Virus record (IMG/VR): IMGVR_UViG_3300037462_000184
Span: 1-59,738 of that record
Length of the DNA: 59,738 nucleotides
From: a virus
Taxonomy: Duplodnaviria > Caudoviricetes
Reading direction: 5' to 3' (one strand)
The position numbers were made by a program, and so were the translations under genes. Positions 7,780 through 17,332 of the stretch are shown one piece after another. A model generated the notes under the pieces. It did not search any database. It worked only from the letters and a program-made list of their open reading frames with translations, and was not told where the DNA came from. The first letter of the stretch is position 1; each line of letters starts with the position of its first letter.

Positions 7780-8235
7780 TCAGGGTTTGCGAATGAGATC
7801 AATCGCAGCGATGACAGTGCCGTAGCACGCCGCCGCGAACACAACGAGAAAGCCGATCTTTTTGATCGCCCACTCGACGCCCGTAGCGATCCATCCAAGG
7901 AACTTGAAACCCGCCTTGACGGACCGAAACATCTCGACAATTTCCTTTGTCGATTCGTCGACGTTGTTCACCGTCGTCTCGACGCGCTTGGTCGTTTCGG
8001 TGTTGGCAGCCAGCTCGGTGCCGAGCTGGCCCATGATCTTGTCGCCATCAGACAGCCGACCCTCGACGGTTTCCATGCGGCCCCCAAGACTCTTGACTTC
8101 AGAGCCCAGTGCGTCCATGCGCAGGTTCATAGTCCGGAAGCTGTCTGCGACGAACTGGCGGTAAGCCTCTTCGGTTCGCGGCATCGTTTCCTCCGGCGGT
8201 TGTTGAATCACACTCTGCGCGTCAGCGTCGCTCAT
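7780..8235 (-). CDS. Coiled-coil membrane protein of the lysis cassette (holin/antiholin-like)
   Basis: Coiled coil plus C-terminal TM segment; first gene after a late-promoter motif. Confidence 0.6.
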   Translation of the reverse strand: MSDADAQSVIQQPPEETMPRTEEAYRQFVADSFRTMNLRMDALGSEVKSLGGRMETVEGRLSDGDKIMGQLGTELAANTETTKRVETTVNNVDESTKEIVEMFRSVKAGFKFLGWIATGVEWAIKKIGFLVVFAAACYGTVIAAIDLIRKP

Positions 8236-8339
8236 GGCATCAGTTTTCGGTGTCAGAGAAGAGCGCCGTCATGCAACGCTCGCAGCAAAACTCAGTTTCG
8301 TGCCGCGCCCGGCGAACATCGAGCTGGTTTACCGAATCG

Positions 8340-8591
8340 CTACCTTCGCCCGGCCATCAGCTTGCCCAGCTTGTTGATCGCGAGCACAACCTGATTGATC
8401 GCCTGAATGACACTGACTTGCAATTTCGTCATGGCCTCTCGCGACTTCATCATGGTGCTGAACTCGTTGCTCTCGTAGAACGCGCGCATGTGCGACAGGG
8501 GCAGCCTGAGTGCTTCTGGGTAGCTGGTGTGTGTGTGCACGGACAGATCGATCGCCTGTCCGAGCAGCCCGTCAGCGAAGTGCTTTCGCAA
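8340..8591 (-). CDS. Small protein, possible frameshift extension of the upstream tail chaperone
   Basis: Protein-like sequence from TTG 8591 overlaps the upstream stop; first ATG only at 8489. Confidence 0.5.
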   Translation of the reverse strand: MRKHFADGLLGQAIDLSVHTHTSYPEALRLPLSHMRAFYESNEFSTMMKSREAMTKLQVSVIQAINQVVLAINKLGKLMAGRR

Positions 8592-9303
8592 GCGGGGTGA
8601 CGCAGGAAGCCACGAGAAACCGTGCCGGCGGGATGCCGGCCTCCCCTTCAGTCGCAGGCAAGGCCACAAAGCCGTCCGCACCGATCCCGATGTTGAACAG
8701 GTGCGCGAGGCGGTTCTGGCCGTCGATCTGCGCCGCGACAAGCTCCACGAAAGCGCTCTCGCTCGAACCCTTCAGAGCCTCGACGCGCTGGCGCAGCCAC
8801 GCGTCGTAGTCCGCCCGCCTCTCGACCGGATCAGGGACGATCTCACCGGGGACGCGCACCTGAGCTGCCAGAGCGGCAAACACCCAATCGCGGCGGCTCT
8901 CTGCAAACGCCTCGATCGCTTCCGCCTCTGCCCCGATCAACTGGTGCACCTCGCGCGGAGCGTCGCTCAGCGCCACCTCGACCGATGCGGCTGGGTAGTC
9001 GACCTCAACGCGCAGGTATGAAGTGAACCGATAGTCGCCGATCGAGAAATCCGGACCGTCATCAGCCACCGCCGCAAGGTAGTGGCCCACGGCCATCATG
9101 CGCTCCTGAACCGTCCACGCTAGGCAATTCTTGAGACGCGGATCCTCGCACTCGACACGCTCCACGACGCAGCCCAGCAGGCGCGTAACGCCCAGCTCGT
9201 GCCGTGCCGGGTCCATGCCGGCGATCTCGATTGCCTCGATGATCGTCGGCTCGCGAAAGTGCATCGTGATGCGCTTGGTGCGCAGTACGGGAATGAATTG
9301 CAT
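8572..9303 (-). CDS. Putative tail assembly chaperone (P1 PmgB-like)
   Basis: 243-aa ORF in the structural operon; assignment by synteny. Confidence 0.45.
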   Translation of the reverse strand: MQFIPVLRTKRITMHFREPTIIEAIEIAGMDPARHELGVTRLLGCVVERVECEDPRLKNCLAWTVQERMMAVGHYLAAVADDGPDFSIGDYRFTSYLRVEVDYPAASVEVALSDAPREVHQLIGAEAEAIEAFAESRRDWVFAALAAQVRVPGEIVPDPVERRADYDAWLRQRVEALKGSSESAFVELVAAQIDGQNRLAHLFNIGIGADGFVALPATEGEAGIPPARFLVASCVTPLAKALR

Positions 9304-9309
9304 GTGTGA

Positions 9310-10110
9310 TTACGCCGCGCGTCGCGTGGCGGCCCAGTCGGATTGATCGAGTGCGGTCAGAGTGGCAATGGTCATCTGCACCGTCGCGGTCAGCAGATCG
9401 CCACGATCACCGCGCGGTGCGACGATCGGATAGCCGATGCTCTCAATGACCATGGGGGACAGGTTGCGTCCGGCGTAGCGAAAGCCGATCAGCGTCGGAG
9501 CTTCAGAGGGGAACAGCCGGCGAATGAACTCCGTCGCGCTGCTCGTCGCACCCGGATCCGCCAGCGAGTTCAGGATGCCGTCGGCATAGAGCTTCTTCGG
9601 CAGAGCCCACCGCATAAGCTGATCGATCGGCTGCTCGACCTCTTTGCGCGCGTCTCGATAGGCGCGGAAATGAGCCGTGATCGTGAACTTGATCGGCGGC
9701 ATGCCGCTGAAAATCTGGCGAGAGTTGATCTTGGTGATCGACGTTCTCCCGCGCAGAGAGTCGGCCAGACCGGCGGTGCCGCTTCGCAAATCCTGCTTCC
9801 ACTGCGCTTGATCGTCGCCCGGTGCAATCCGCGTCAGCGCCGCGACTACAAGCTCCACCTGACCGCTTTGGATCATGGCGGAGATGGCCGGCGCCTTTGT
9901 GTCTGGGCTGCTCTGCTCGAACGGGCTTTGCCAGTTCAGGGAAACCTCGACGTTGCCCTCAGAGAGCGGCGCACGTACCTGCGGCTCACCGGCAATCGGG
10001 GCGCCCTTGTCATCCACTGGCGTGAAGTACGCGAGCAGATGGTCAGACAGCCGCCCCCAGTCGCTACCCAGCACGCGAGCGGCCGGGTTCGTCTGAGCGG
10101 CGGCTGTCAT
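9310..10110 (-). CDS. Tail tube-initiator/baseplate-type protein (P1 Tub-like)
   Basis: NWQSPFE and PMVIESIGYPIVAP motifs; context. Confidence 0.5.
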   Translation of the reverse strand: MTAAAQTNPAARVLGSDWGRLSDHLLAYFTPVDDKGAPIAGEPQVRAPLSEGNVEVSLNWQSPFEQSSPDTKAPAISAMIQSGQVELVVAALTRIAPGDDQAQWKQDLRSGTAGLADSLRGRTSITKINSRQIFSGMPPIKFTITAHFRAYRDARKEVEQPIDQLMRWALPKKLYADGILNSLADPGATSSATEFIRRLFPSEAPTLIGFRYAGRNLSPMVIESIGYPIVAPRGDRGDLLTATVQMTIATLTALDQSDWAATRRAA

Positions 10111-10126
10111 GGGCTACCGGCCAAGA

Positions 10127-10840
10127 TCAGGCCGAAAGGCCCATCTTGCGCGAGAGCTTGGCGGACTTCATGCGGCGCATGCGGGCGCCCGCGCTCTGCG
10201 ACTTCATGCGAGCCTTGCGGATCGCAACCTTCTGGGCGGCGCTCAGGCGCACGGTGCCGCTCACGCGCTTGCGCACGATGACCTTGCGGCCGGCGCGCAC
10301 TGCAAAGCGCTTCTTGTACACCGCGTCGAGCGCAGGGCTCAGCGCATCGGCGTCGAAGGTGAAGCCGTCCAACTCTTCGTCGGCAGCGTCACCGTCGGGC
10401 AGCTTTTCCTTAAGCCACTCGCAGATGCGATCGCCGGCTGAGTTGGATGCGGCGATATCGTCGCCAAACAGCGCGTCCAGATCCTCGTCGGACACGCCCT
10501 TGCTGGCGAGGTAGTCGGCGGCGGCCTCCATCGCCATCCCGGCGACTTCCTGCTCGTCTTCGGACAGTTCGCCGTCCTTGTTCTCGTCGGCGATGCCGAT
10601 GAGCATGGCGATCAGTCGATCAGCCGAACCCTCTTCGCCCTCAAGATCACCGGTTTCGCACCATTCCTGCACGCTCGCCACGGCCAGCGTGCGGATATTG
10701 GCGGCCTCGACCATGGCCGGGCTCACAGTGCCGCCTTCGTCGGCGCTGTCGAGCGTGGCCTTGGTCTGGTCTTTTGCTTCGTCCTTGGCACCGGCCTGCA
10801 ATGCGGCGCGGAGCACTTCGGCATGGGGATGGTTCTGCAT
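10127..10840 (-). CDS. P1 gp21-like virion protein (acidic core, basic C-terminal tail)
   Basis: Directly after the sheath gene as in the P1 23-22-21 order; ends in the basic RLSAAQKVAIRKARMK region. Confidence 0.6.
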   Translation of the reverse strand: MQNHPHAEVLRAALQAGAKDEAKDQTKATLDSADEGGTVSPAMVEAANIRTLAVASVQEWCETGDLEGEEGSADRLIAMLIGIADENKDGELSEDEQEVAGMAMEAAADYLASKGVSDEDLDALFGDDIAASNSAGDRICEWLKEKLPDGDAADEELDGFTFDADALSPALDAVYKKRFAVRAGRKVIVRKRVSGTVRLSAAQKVAIRKARMKSQSAGARMRRMKSAKLSRKMGLSA

Positions 10841-10870
10841 TTGAAGCTCCGTTGAGTGAATGCCGATGGA

Positions 10871-12475
10871 TTACGGCGTGATGGTCTGTTGGATGAACAC
10901 TGCGCGCACCGTGCCGTCGAAGCGAGCCCAGTAGGCAACGTCCATGCGGTCGGCGGGCTGTTGGGCATTCGGCTTCGCCTCGAAGGTGTACGCCGCGCCG
11001 TTCAGCTCGTCGGTCGGCATGAGCCAGCCACTTGCCTGCGCAGCCTCAAGGGTGCGGTCAAGGAACTCGTTCATGCGCTTGATGGCGCGATCCATGGGGA
11101 GTTGCAAGCATTCCTTGCCGAACTTCGCCACCAGATCATCGAGAGTCGAGGACATTTCGGCGACTGCGATCAGCTTGCGATAGCTCACCTGAGTCTTTGC
11201 CATTGTCAGACTGTCGGAGAACACGAAGCGCCCGCCGCCGTTGTAGGACTCGAAGATCACCGGGTTGATCTTGGCGCGCGCCAAAGCGTCGCGCTCAGCA
11301 TCAGTCAGTGTCACGGTCTGGCGAACACCAGAACGGGCCAGCGCCCAGTCCTTGCCCGCGACGGGGAAGTTCTTGGGGGCGAAACCGTAGTTGTTCGTCT
11401 GAGCGTTCCGGCGGCAGCGCATGCCCGCCTGAGCGCCGGCCGTGCCGTACACCGCCCGGCCGCCGGTCAGGGGCTCGTCAGCCCGCAGGGGAGCCCAGTA
11501 CGCCTGAGCGTAGTGGCTGTCGATCCCCAGCGAGTCCACGAACGCGATTGCGGCCGTGACGCCGAGCGTGCCGGGTACGTCGATCAGCACTTGCGTGTTC
11601 GTGTCATAGCCGAGCTGCGCGAGACGCGTCAGCAGCGGCACGGCAGCAGAACCGCCAGTGATGATGTAGCCGAAATCGTCGGTCGAAGACTTGAGCGCAT
11701 TCACGGCGCGGTCGTAATCCGTGTTCGCGTAGGTCGTGCCGCCTTCGCTGAAATAGCTCTGCACCGTGGACGATGCCCACTTGTCGGCGCCGTTGCCGTC
11801 GCGGCCGTAGGCGTCGTGCGCCACAGCGACACTCGCATTGGCTGGGACGCTGATTTCCAGATCGTCGCCGGCATAGCGCGCGGCCACGTCAGGCAGGTAG
11901 TTGCTCTGCTGGTAGTCGTCCTTGGCCGTGGGGTCGAGCGAGCCCGAAAGGTCATACAGCAGGGCGCCGGCCGCATCGAGCACCTGAACACGCACGAGCT
12001 TGGAAGCCACGGGCGTGCCGGGCGGGCTCTCAACCTGATCGGCATGCACCCGCACGCGGATACCATCGTTGTGGCAGCCGCGATGCAGCACCGACAGGGT
12101 TGCAGAGCCGGATGCCGTGGCGGACACGCCAAACGTGCTCGTTGCGGCACTGGTGAAGTTGACCCATTGCAGGGCAGCCGCAGCGGGCACCATGCGCGAA
12201 ACAAGCACCTCAACGGCGCCATTGCGCAGAGCTTCGTAGGCTTGAACTCGCGCCTCGTTCAGCGCGCTCGCCACCAGAGATTCGGGGCTGCCGACCTTGG
12301 CGAACAGATTGGACAGATCGACCTTGAAAGCCCGGTCGATTCGCCCGCGAGAAAACCGGCCGACAAGGGCTACAACCTGATCGCCGTTGCCGGACAGAAT
12401 GCCATCGGTTGCATCCCGCACCGGATTGAGTTGAACGCCCGGCTGTGCGCCGAGCTGTCGGACAAATGCTTGCAT
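10871..12475 (-). CDS. Contractile tail sheath protein (P1 gp22-like)
   Basis: 534 aa; sheath-like C-terminal region (INPV, FVFSDSLT, DRMDV); capsid-sheath synteny. Confidence 0.85.
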   Translation of the reverse strand: MQAFVRQLGAQPGVQLNPVRDATDGILSGNGDQVVALVGRFSRGRIDRAFKVDLSNLFAKVGSPESLVASALNEARVQAYEALRNGAVEVLVSRMVPAAAALQWVNFTSAATSTFGVSATASGSATLSVLHRGCHNDGIRVRVHADQVESPPGTPVASKLVRVQVLDAAGALLYDLSGSLDPTAKDDYQQSNYLPDVAARYAGDDLEISVPANASVAVAHDAYGRDGNGADKWASSTVQSYFSEGGTTYANTDYDRAVNALKSSTDDFGYIITGGSAAVPLLTRLAQLGYDTNTQVLIDVPGTLGVTAAIAFVDSLGIDSHYAQAYWAPLRADEPLTGGRAVYGTAGAQAGMRCRRNAQTNNYGFAPKNFPVAGKDWALARSGVRQTVTLTDAERDALARAKINPVIFESYNGGGRFVFSDSLTMAKTQVSYRKLIAVAEMSSTLDDLVAKFGKECLQLPMDRAIKRMNEFLDRTLEAAQASGWLMPTDELNGAAYTFEAKPNAQQPADRMDVAYWARFDGTVRAVFIQQTITP

Positions 12476-12508
12476 GTTCCTCTACCTCCCCCGGTGCGGG
12501 GCTGTGAT

Positions 12509-12982
12509 TTACTGAGCTTCCGGAGCCTGATCCAGTACGGTCAGCCCTTCCCCGTCCGCCCAGCGGTTCAGCTCGGTCAGAGCCGCGCAGTTCGCTACCG
12601 CCGCCTCGATCTGCGCCTCGCTTTCGCACTCGACGCGCACCGTCTGATACGGCGCTACGAACGTTCGAGTAACGGGCTCAACCATTGCCACGGGCAGGTT
12701 GTTTTGGATCCAGCGCGTCAGCGGACCGGGCTCCGGCTCGCTTTCGGGCTCTGCGCCTGCCGCTTGCTGTTCGGCTGCTGCCTGCTCAGCAGCGGCCTTG
12801 TCGGCTGCGGCCTGTTCGGCAGCAGCTTGATCGGCGGCAGCCTTCTCAGCAGCAGCTTGGTCCGCCGCAGCCTGCTCAGCAGCGACCTGCTCAGCAGCCT
12901 TGTCCACCTCACCCGCACCCTCCCCCGCTTGGGGGGCTGGGGCGGGAGCCGGTGCACTGGCCTTGGTCTTTCCTTGTGCCAT
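12509..12982 (-). CDS. Small virion-associated protein with AAA(E/D)(Q/K) pentapeptide repeats
   Basis: About 9 tandem 15-nt repeat units; GGGAG RBS; between capsid and sheath. Confidence 0.7.
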   Translation of the reverse strand: MAQGKTKASAPAPAPAPQAGEGAGEVDKAAEQVAAEQAAADQAAAEKAAADQAAAEQAAADKAAAEQAAAEQQAAGAEPESEPEPGPLTRWIQNNLPVAMVEPVTRTFVAPYQTVRVECESEAQIEAAVANCAALTELNRWADGEGLTVLDQAPEAQ

Positions 12983-13021
12983 GCTCGTACTCCCGTTTAG
13001 TTGCGACTCAGGCAGACCCGG

Positions 13022-14689
13022 TTACTTCAGGCCGGTGACTTGGATCAGCGCGGCGCCGAGGGCGCTGGGCTGGTGCGGGTTCACCGACGTGTAGTTGCGG
13101 GCGTACATGGCGTTCTCGTACTTCATCTCGCGGGTGAAGGCCAGCGGCATGAAGGTCGGGGGCACGGCATCGCCGAGGATGATCGGGCAGCGAGCGGTCT
13201 GCGCACTGCGGCCGACGCACAGGATTTCCGTGGTTGCACCGCCGCCGGATTCGGTCAGAACTTGCGGGCAGTAGTACACCTCGTACTTGTTGAACAAGCG
13301 GCCGACACGGAAGATGCCGGGGCGGGCGGATACACCGCTCGGCACGAACTTGTCGCTACCCAAGCCCAGCATGGTCGCGGCCATCGAGCGGGTCACGAAC
13401 AGGTGCGTGACGCCGTGATCGATCGTGTCTTCAGCCATCTTCTGATCGACTTCACCCAGAATCATTTGGAAGTCGGCAAACATCTCGTCGCGGCTCTTGA
13501 AGCCGGTTTGACCCGAGAAGTTGAAGTTGTAGGCCGTCAGCGCGTTGCGGTTGGCGATGCGGTACATCTTGCGCAGTGCGTCGTAGAAACGCTCGTTGGC
13601 GACTTGGCCGCGAACAGCGATCAGAGCCTCCGACTGATCATCCAGACCCAGTTCGTTCTTGAGCTGGGTCGTGGAATCGATCGTGGTCGTGGTCACGATG
13701 CGCCATGCGTTCGCATACAGCTCGAACGTGTCCACGTTCGTGATGAGCTGCGGGGTCAGCAGCGAGGGGTTTGCCTCGAAGTTCAGGAACACCTCGATTT
13801 CCACCGTCACACCAGCAGGCAGGGCCGGGGTAGCGGTCAGCGCGACGGCGCCGGTCGTGGTGTTGATCGTGCCGCCGATCGTGTAGGTCGCACCGGCGAT
13901 CACTGCGGAGCCGCCGACGGACGATGCGCCGGAGCCGGTTGCGCTGAGTTCGCGAGCAGCGATCAGGCCGTTCACGTACACGATCGAGCGACCGCGCAGC
14001 AGGGGCACGTTCGAGCCGGCGGCGGTTGCCATCGGGTCGGTCACGCTGAGCTGCTCGGTGATGCTGGCAGTGATGCCAGTGCGGGGGCCGTCGATCGTGC
14101 CGGCGATATAGCGCGAGCCAGCGGCGTAGGGGCGGCCGGATGCGATGCCGTCCATAGAGCCACCGACGCGGTACGAACCGATGTTCGAGCCGGCCTGATG
14201 GGTCAGGATTGCGAGGATCGACTTGTTGGAGCCGATATCGGTCGGCAGGTAGCCGGCGAAGGGGATGCCCTCAGAGATGGCCGAAACGATCGCGACGATC
14301 GCGCGGTTCGGTTGTAGGCTCATCTGGTCGTGGGCGAAGCTGTTCGCCGAGTCCAGAGCCGCGCGACCCGTCACCAGATCCTCGTCCTTGAACGTCATGG
14401 CGACGCCTTGATGCAGGGCGGCCTCGATCAGATCGGCGGTCGGCTCGACACCATGCTCGCGCTTGTAGGCGTCCACACCGGCCTGCACTGCATCGAGAAT
14501 GCGCTCATGGGAGTCTTCGTCGGTGCGCTTGAACAGCGCCTCAACTACTGGGGGTGCGGACACCTTGGGGTCGTTCTTGACGGAATCGAGAACGGCCTTG
14601 GCGCCACCGCCGTCAGCGCGTGCTGCGGCGAGGTTGTCAACGAACTGGGCAACCTCGCGGGTTTCCTTCATTGCGTAGATCGGCTTCAT
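13022..14689 (-). CDS. Major capsid protein (P1 gp23-like)
   Basis: 555 aa, strong codon bias, GGAAGG RBS, own late promoter, position upstream of the sheath. Confidence 0.85.
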   Translation of the reverse strand: MKPIYAMKETREVAQFVDNLAAARADGGGAKAVLDSVKNDPKVSAPPVVEALFKRTDEDSHERILDAVQAGVDAYKREHGVEPTADLIEAALHQGVAMTFKDEDLVTGRAALDSANSFAHDQMSLQPNRAIVAIVSAISEGIPFAGYLPTDIGSNKSILAILTHQAGSNIGSYRVGGSMDGIASGRPYAAGSRYIAGTIDGPRTGITASITEQLSVTDPMATAAGSNVPLLRGRSIVYVNGLIAARELSATGSGASSVGGSAVIAGATYTIGGTINTTTGAVALTATPALPAGVTVEIEVFLNFEANPSLLTPQLITNVDTFELYANAWRIVTTTTIDSTTQLKNELGLDDQSEALIAVRGQVANERFYDALRKMYRIANRNALTAYNFNFSGQTGFKSRDEMFADFQMILGEVDQKMAEDTIDHGVTHLFVTRSMAATMLGLGSDKFVPSGVSARPGIFRVGRLFNKYEVYYCPQVLTESGGGATTEILCVGRSAQTARCPIILGDAVPPTFMPLAFTREMKYENAMYARNYTSVNPHQPSALGAALIQVTGLK

Positions 14690-14816
14690 GATTACCTTCC
14701 TTGCGGAGAGTTGGAGTTACACAGTGCGGGCGGGCTTAACCGCCCAATGGCACCCGCGACGGCAAGATCATTTTTCTGTTGCGGTTTGCACCCCGGCCGT
14801 TGCTTTTCCGGTTTTG

Positions 14817-15302
14817 TCAAGCACCTGCCGCCTGCATGCTTGCAAGCTGCTCGCGCGCGGCGGCCACGGCTTCAGTCAGTGCCGCAACCTTGTCGCGAAG
14901 CGCCTTTTCCTTCATGGTCAGCGTGGACTTGAGGCCGGTGGGCATGACAACCTTCGTGCGAGCTAGGGCCGCTTGAAACTTGGATCGACCGCGATCCATG
15001 CGAGCAACAAGCTCGGCAATCGCGGCGGCGTGATCGTCTTGATCCTTGATCGGCACGTCCTTGCCGTTGACGCGCGCCTGAAACACGTCGCCGGTCTGCT
15101 TCACGCCCAGCGAGACAGTCTGGCCGTCGGCAAAAGTGAAGTGCACGCGGCGGAACGTGATACCCGCAACGCGCTGTAGGCGCTGATCTACGTCGCTCTG
15201 CACGACGACGGCACCGGACCGGGTGAACAGGGCTACCGCTTTCTTGAGCGCGGCGTCCTTCGCGGCACCGAGGGCTTGGAAGTCGAATAGCAGGTTTTTC
15301 AT
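14817..15302 (-). CDS. Hdf-like protein (DarA N-terminal-type domain)
   Basis: FADGQTVSL..KQTGDVFQARVNGKDVPI resembles the Hdf/DarA_N fold and the LSDGQTVSI segment of the 43783-46395 protein. Confidence 0.7.
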   Translation of the reverse strand: MKNLLFDFQALGAAKDAALKKAVALFTRSGAVVVQSDVDQRLQRVAGITFRRVHFTFADGQTVSLGVKQTGDVFQARVNGKDVPIKDQDDHAAAIAELVARMDRGRSKFQAALARTKVVMPTGLKSTLTMKEKALRDKVAALTEAVAAAREQLASMQAAGA

Positions 15303-15319
15303 GGCGAGCCCCAAACGAA

Positions 15320-15342
15320 CAGAGCCCCATCATGGGGCTCTG
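15320..15342 (-). terminator. Hairpin, probable terminator of the fibre operon, overlapping the -10 of the next late promoter
   Basis: CAGAGCCCCAT-C-ATGGGGCTCTG followed on the minus strand by TTCGTTT. Confidence 0.55.
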
Positions 15343-15363
15343 AATCTCGCGAGGCTGCTTGCT

Positions 15364-15831
15364 TTACCCGTTCGTCGGAGCGGGGTCTTCGTCGGACTCA
15401 GCGCCTTCCCACGGCAGGGCAATGCCCACGGGTAGGTGAATGAGTTCCGTCCGAGTCACCGGCTCGTCGTTGTCGTCGAGAAGCTGATTGCCAGTCCGTT
15501 CGTCGATCACTGGAACGGTGCGGGGTACTGGATACGTCTGACGCGGCAAGCTCAGGCGCGCGTACACGTAGGCGCGCACGTCAGCGTCAGCTACGCCCAC
15601 CGGGATCTCGACGCGCGCGCCGGGCGCCAGCGGTGCGTCCGGAGTGAACGGCTGAGCCCCGCGCCGCGCCGCGTCGCGATCCAAGTAGCTGCCGATCTGC
15701 ACCTGAGCGATCGATCGTAGGCCGGCGGCCTTCTGCTCGTCGGTGAGCCGGTAGCTGTGCGCGATGCTCTCGATGCGGTGATATGTTGCCGCCGCGCCGG
15801 TCGGCAGCTCAATGCGCTTGATCATGCCCAT
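15364..15831 (-). CDS. Tail-fibre-associated small protein (paralogue 2)
   Basis: YHRI and GSY...ARRGAQP motifs shared with the adjacent ORF. Confidence 0.6.
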   Translation of the reverse strand: MGMIKRIELPTGAAATYHRIESIAHSYRLTDEQKAAGLRSIAQVQIGSYLDRDAARRGAQPFTPDAPLAPGARVEIPVGVADADVRAYVYARLSLPRQTYPVPRTVPVIDERTGNQLLDDNDEPVTRTELIHLPVGIALPWEGAESDEDPAPTNG

Positions 15832-15832
15832 G

Positions 15833-16231
15833 TCAAACCCCTTCCGCGTTGTTGTAGTGATTCACGAATGCAGGGTGAGGCATCGTTTCCTGCACAGTCA
15901 TCTCGTTGCCGGCGGGGTCCAGCCGTGGCGCGCTGTGCGTCCAGTCTGGCGGCGGCTCGGCCAGCATCTCGTAGAGCGCGGCCATGTACGCGTCGCGCGC
16001 GGCGCGCACCTTCGGCGGCAGATCGGCGAACCAGAGTTCGGACGAATCCAGCGGCTGCGCACCCGAACGCCGGGCCTCTTCACTGATGTACCAGCCCACC
16101 TTGATCCGCGTGACTCCCGACTTGACGCCCGGATTCGGGTTTGGCGGGATCAGATCGTCCTCGACATAGACGATACGGTGATACTCAGCATGGATGCCGT
16201 ACCGCGTCGGCATAGTGACTTTCAGCGCCAT
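15833..16231 (-). CDS. Tail-fibre-associated small protein (paralogue 1)
   Basis: Start at ATG 16231 (TGATG overlap); YHRI and GWY...ARRSGAQP motifs. Confidence 0.6.
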   Translation of the reverse strand: MALKVTMPTRYGIHAEYHRIVYVEDDLIPPNPNPGVKSGVTRIKVGWYISEEARRSGAQPLDSSELWFADLPPKVRAARDAYMAALYEMLAEPPPDWTHSAPRLDPAGNEMTVQETMPHPAFVNHYNNAEGV

Positions 16232-17052
16232 CAGGCGTACCTCCAATAGTCGTAGATCATGGCGAGCGCGCTCCGATAGGTCGCGGCGCCGTTGCTGACG
16301 AAGCTCCCGCCGAACGGGTCTGAATCGGGGAAAGCGTAGGGGTCGCGCGACAGCACCCCTCCCGCCGTCAGCGTCCATCCGCCCGCCGTGTTCAGCGTGT
16401 AAGGCGTCATCCCGCCGGGGGTGAACGGCGGGTCTGGCTCGACGTAATACTGCCAGTTCTGAACCGCCAAACTGCCGACTGCACCGATCACGGCGGGCTG
16501 CACCAGATTGCCGACGTTGGGGATCGTTGCGCTCGATGCGCTGGTGCCGAACTGGTGTTTGCTGCGGATCGACAGCGGAAGGCGCGTCGAGTCGAACGCG
16601 ACTTGATTCGCACCCGCTGGCAAGTTTGCCGCCTCCGCTCGAACCTCAAGCCCTGCGGGAGCCTGTCGAACGCCAGAGGCGAACGTGAAAATCTGCGGCG
16701 TCGGAACTGCGGCCGTGCCGTTGGAGTTCCTTGCCCGGACGGTGAAATCCATGTCCGAGAACTGATAGAACCCGCCGCCATCGAAGGTGCGCGAGAAGTT
16801 CGTGATCACAGCATCAACGGCGCCGCCCAAGATCAGGGGCACGCCGATGATGAAGTATTCGTCGACATAGGTTTGCGAACCGAAGAACCTCGCGCGCCAT
16901 CGGCGCCCGTAGTTGCGCGCAGGATCAGCGCCCAGATCGGTGATCACCCCAATGCCGAGAAACCCGGACGGGTTCAGGCGATGCAAGCAGCGGGCGCGGC
17001 CGTCGATTTGCAGCTTCTGATCCCCGTTGCGAACACGTACACCATAGGGCAT
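16231..17052 (-). CDS. Tail tip accessory protein
   Basis: MPYGVRVRNGDQKLQID N-terminus and VAFDS motif, typical of genes following J-like fibres. Confidence 0.6.
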   Translation of the reverse strand: MPYGVRVRNGDQKLQIDGRARCLHRLNPSGFLGIGVITDLGADPARNYGRRWRARFFGSQTYVDEYFIIGVPLILGGAVDAVITNFSRTFDGGGFYQFSDMDFTVRARNSNGTAAVPTPQIFTFASGVRQAPAGLEVRAEAANLPAGANQVAFDSTRLPLSIRSKHQFGTSASSATIPNVGNLVQPAVIGAVGSLAVQNWQYYVEPDPPFTPGGMTPYTLNTAGGWTLTAGGVLSRDPYAFPDSDPFGGSFVSNGAATYRSALAMIYDYWRYA

Positions 17053-17055
17053 GCG

Positions 17056-17331
17056 CTACTCCACCATGACCATGATGTTGCGCGCTTCCGTCGAGCTTTG
17101 CGCCACCGCAACCGTAGGCACCCCTCCGGGGTAGCTGATTGTCACCCCCTGCTGCGCGCTGCCATCGTTGTTCACAACCTGCACCGTGGTGCCGACAAGA
17201 GCGCTGAGCGATTGCGTCGTGGTGCCGGTACCCTGCGGCACCTGAATCAGCACGGCGACGAGCCCGCCAATATCGGACGTGTCCATGATCAGGCGCCCGT
17301 CCGCGCGTCGAATTTCGATCCCGGCCGGCAT
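17056..17331 (-). CDS. Small tail tip accessory protein
   Basis: MPAGIEIRRADGRLIMD N-terminus; tight spacing with both neighbours. Confidence 0.6.
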   Translation of the reverse strand: MPAGIEIRRADGRLIMDTSDIGGLVAVLIQVPQGTGTTTQSLSALVGTTVQVVNNDGSAQQGVTISYPGGVPTVAVAQSSTEARNIMVMVE

Positions 17332-17332
17332 G

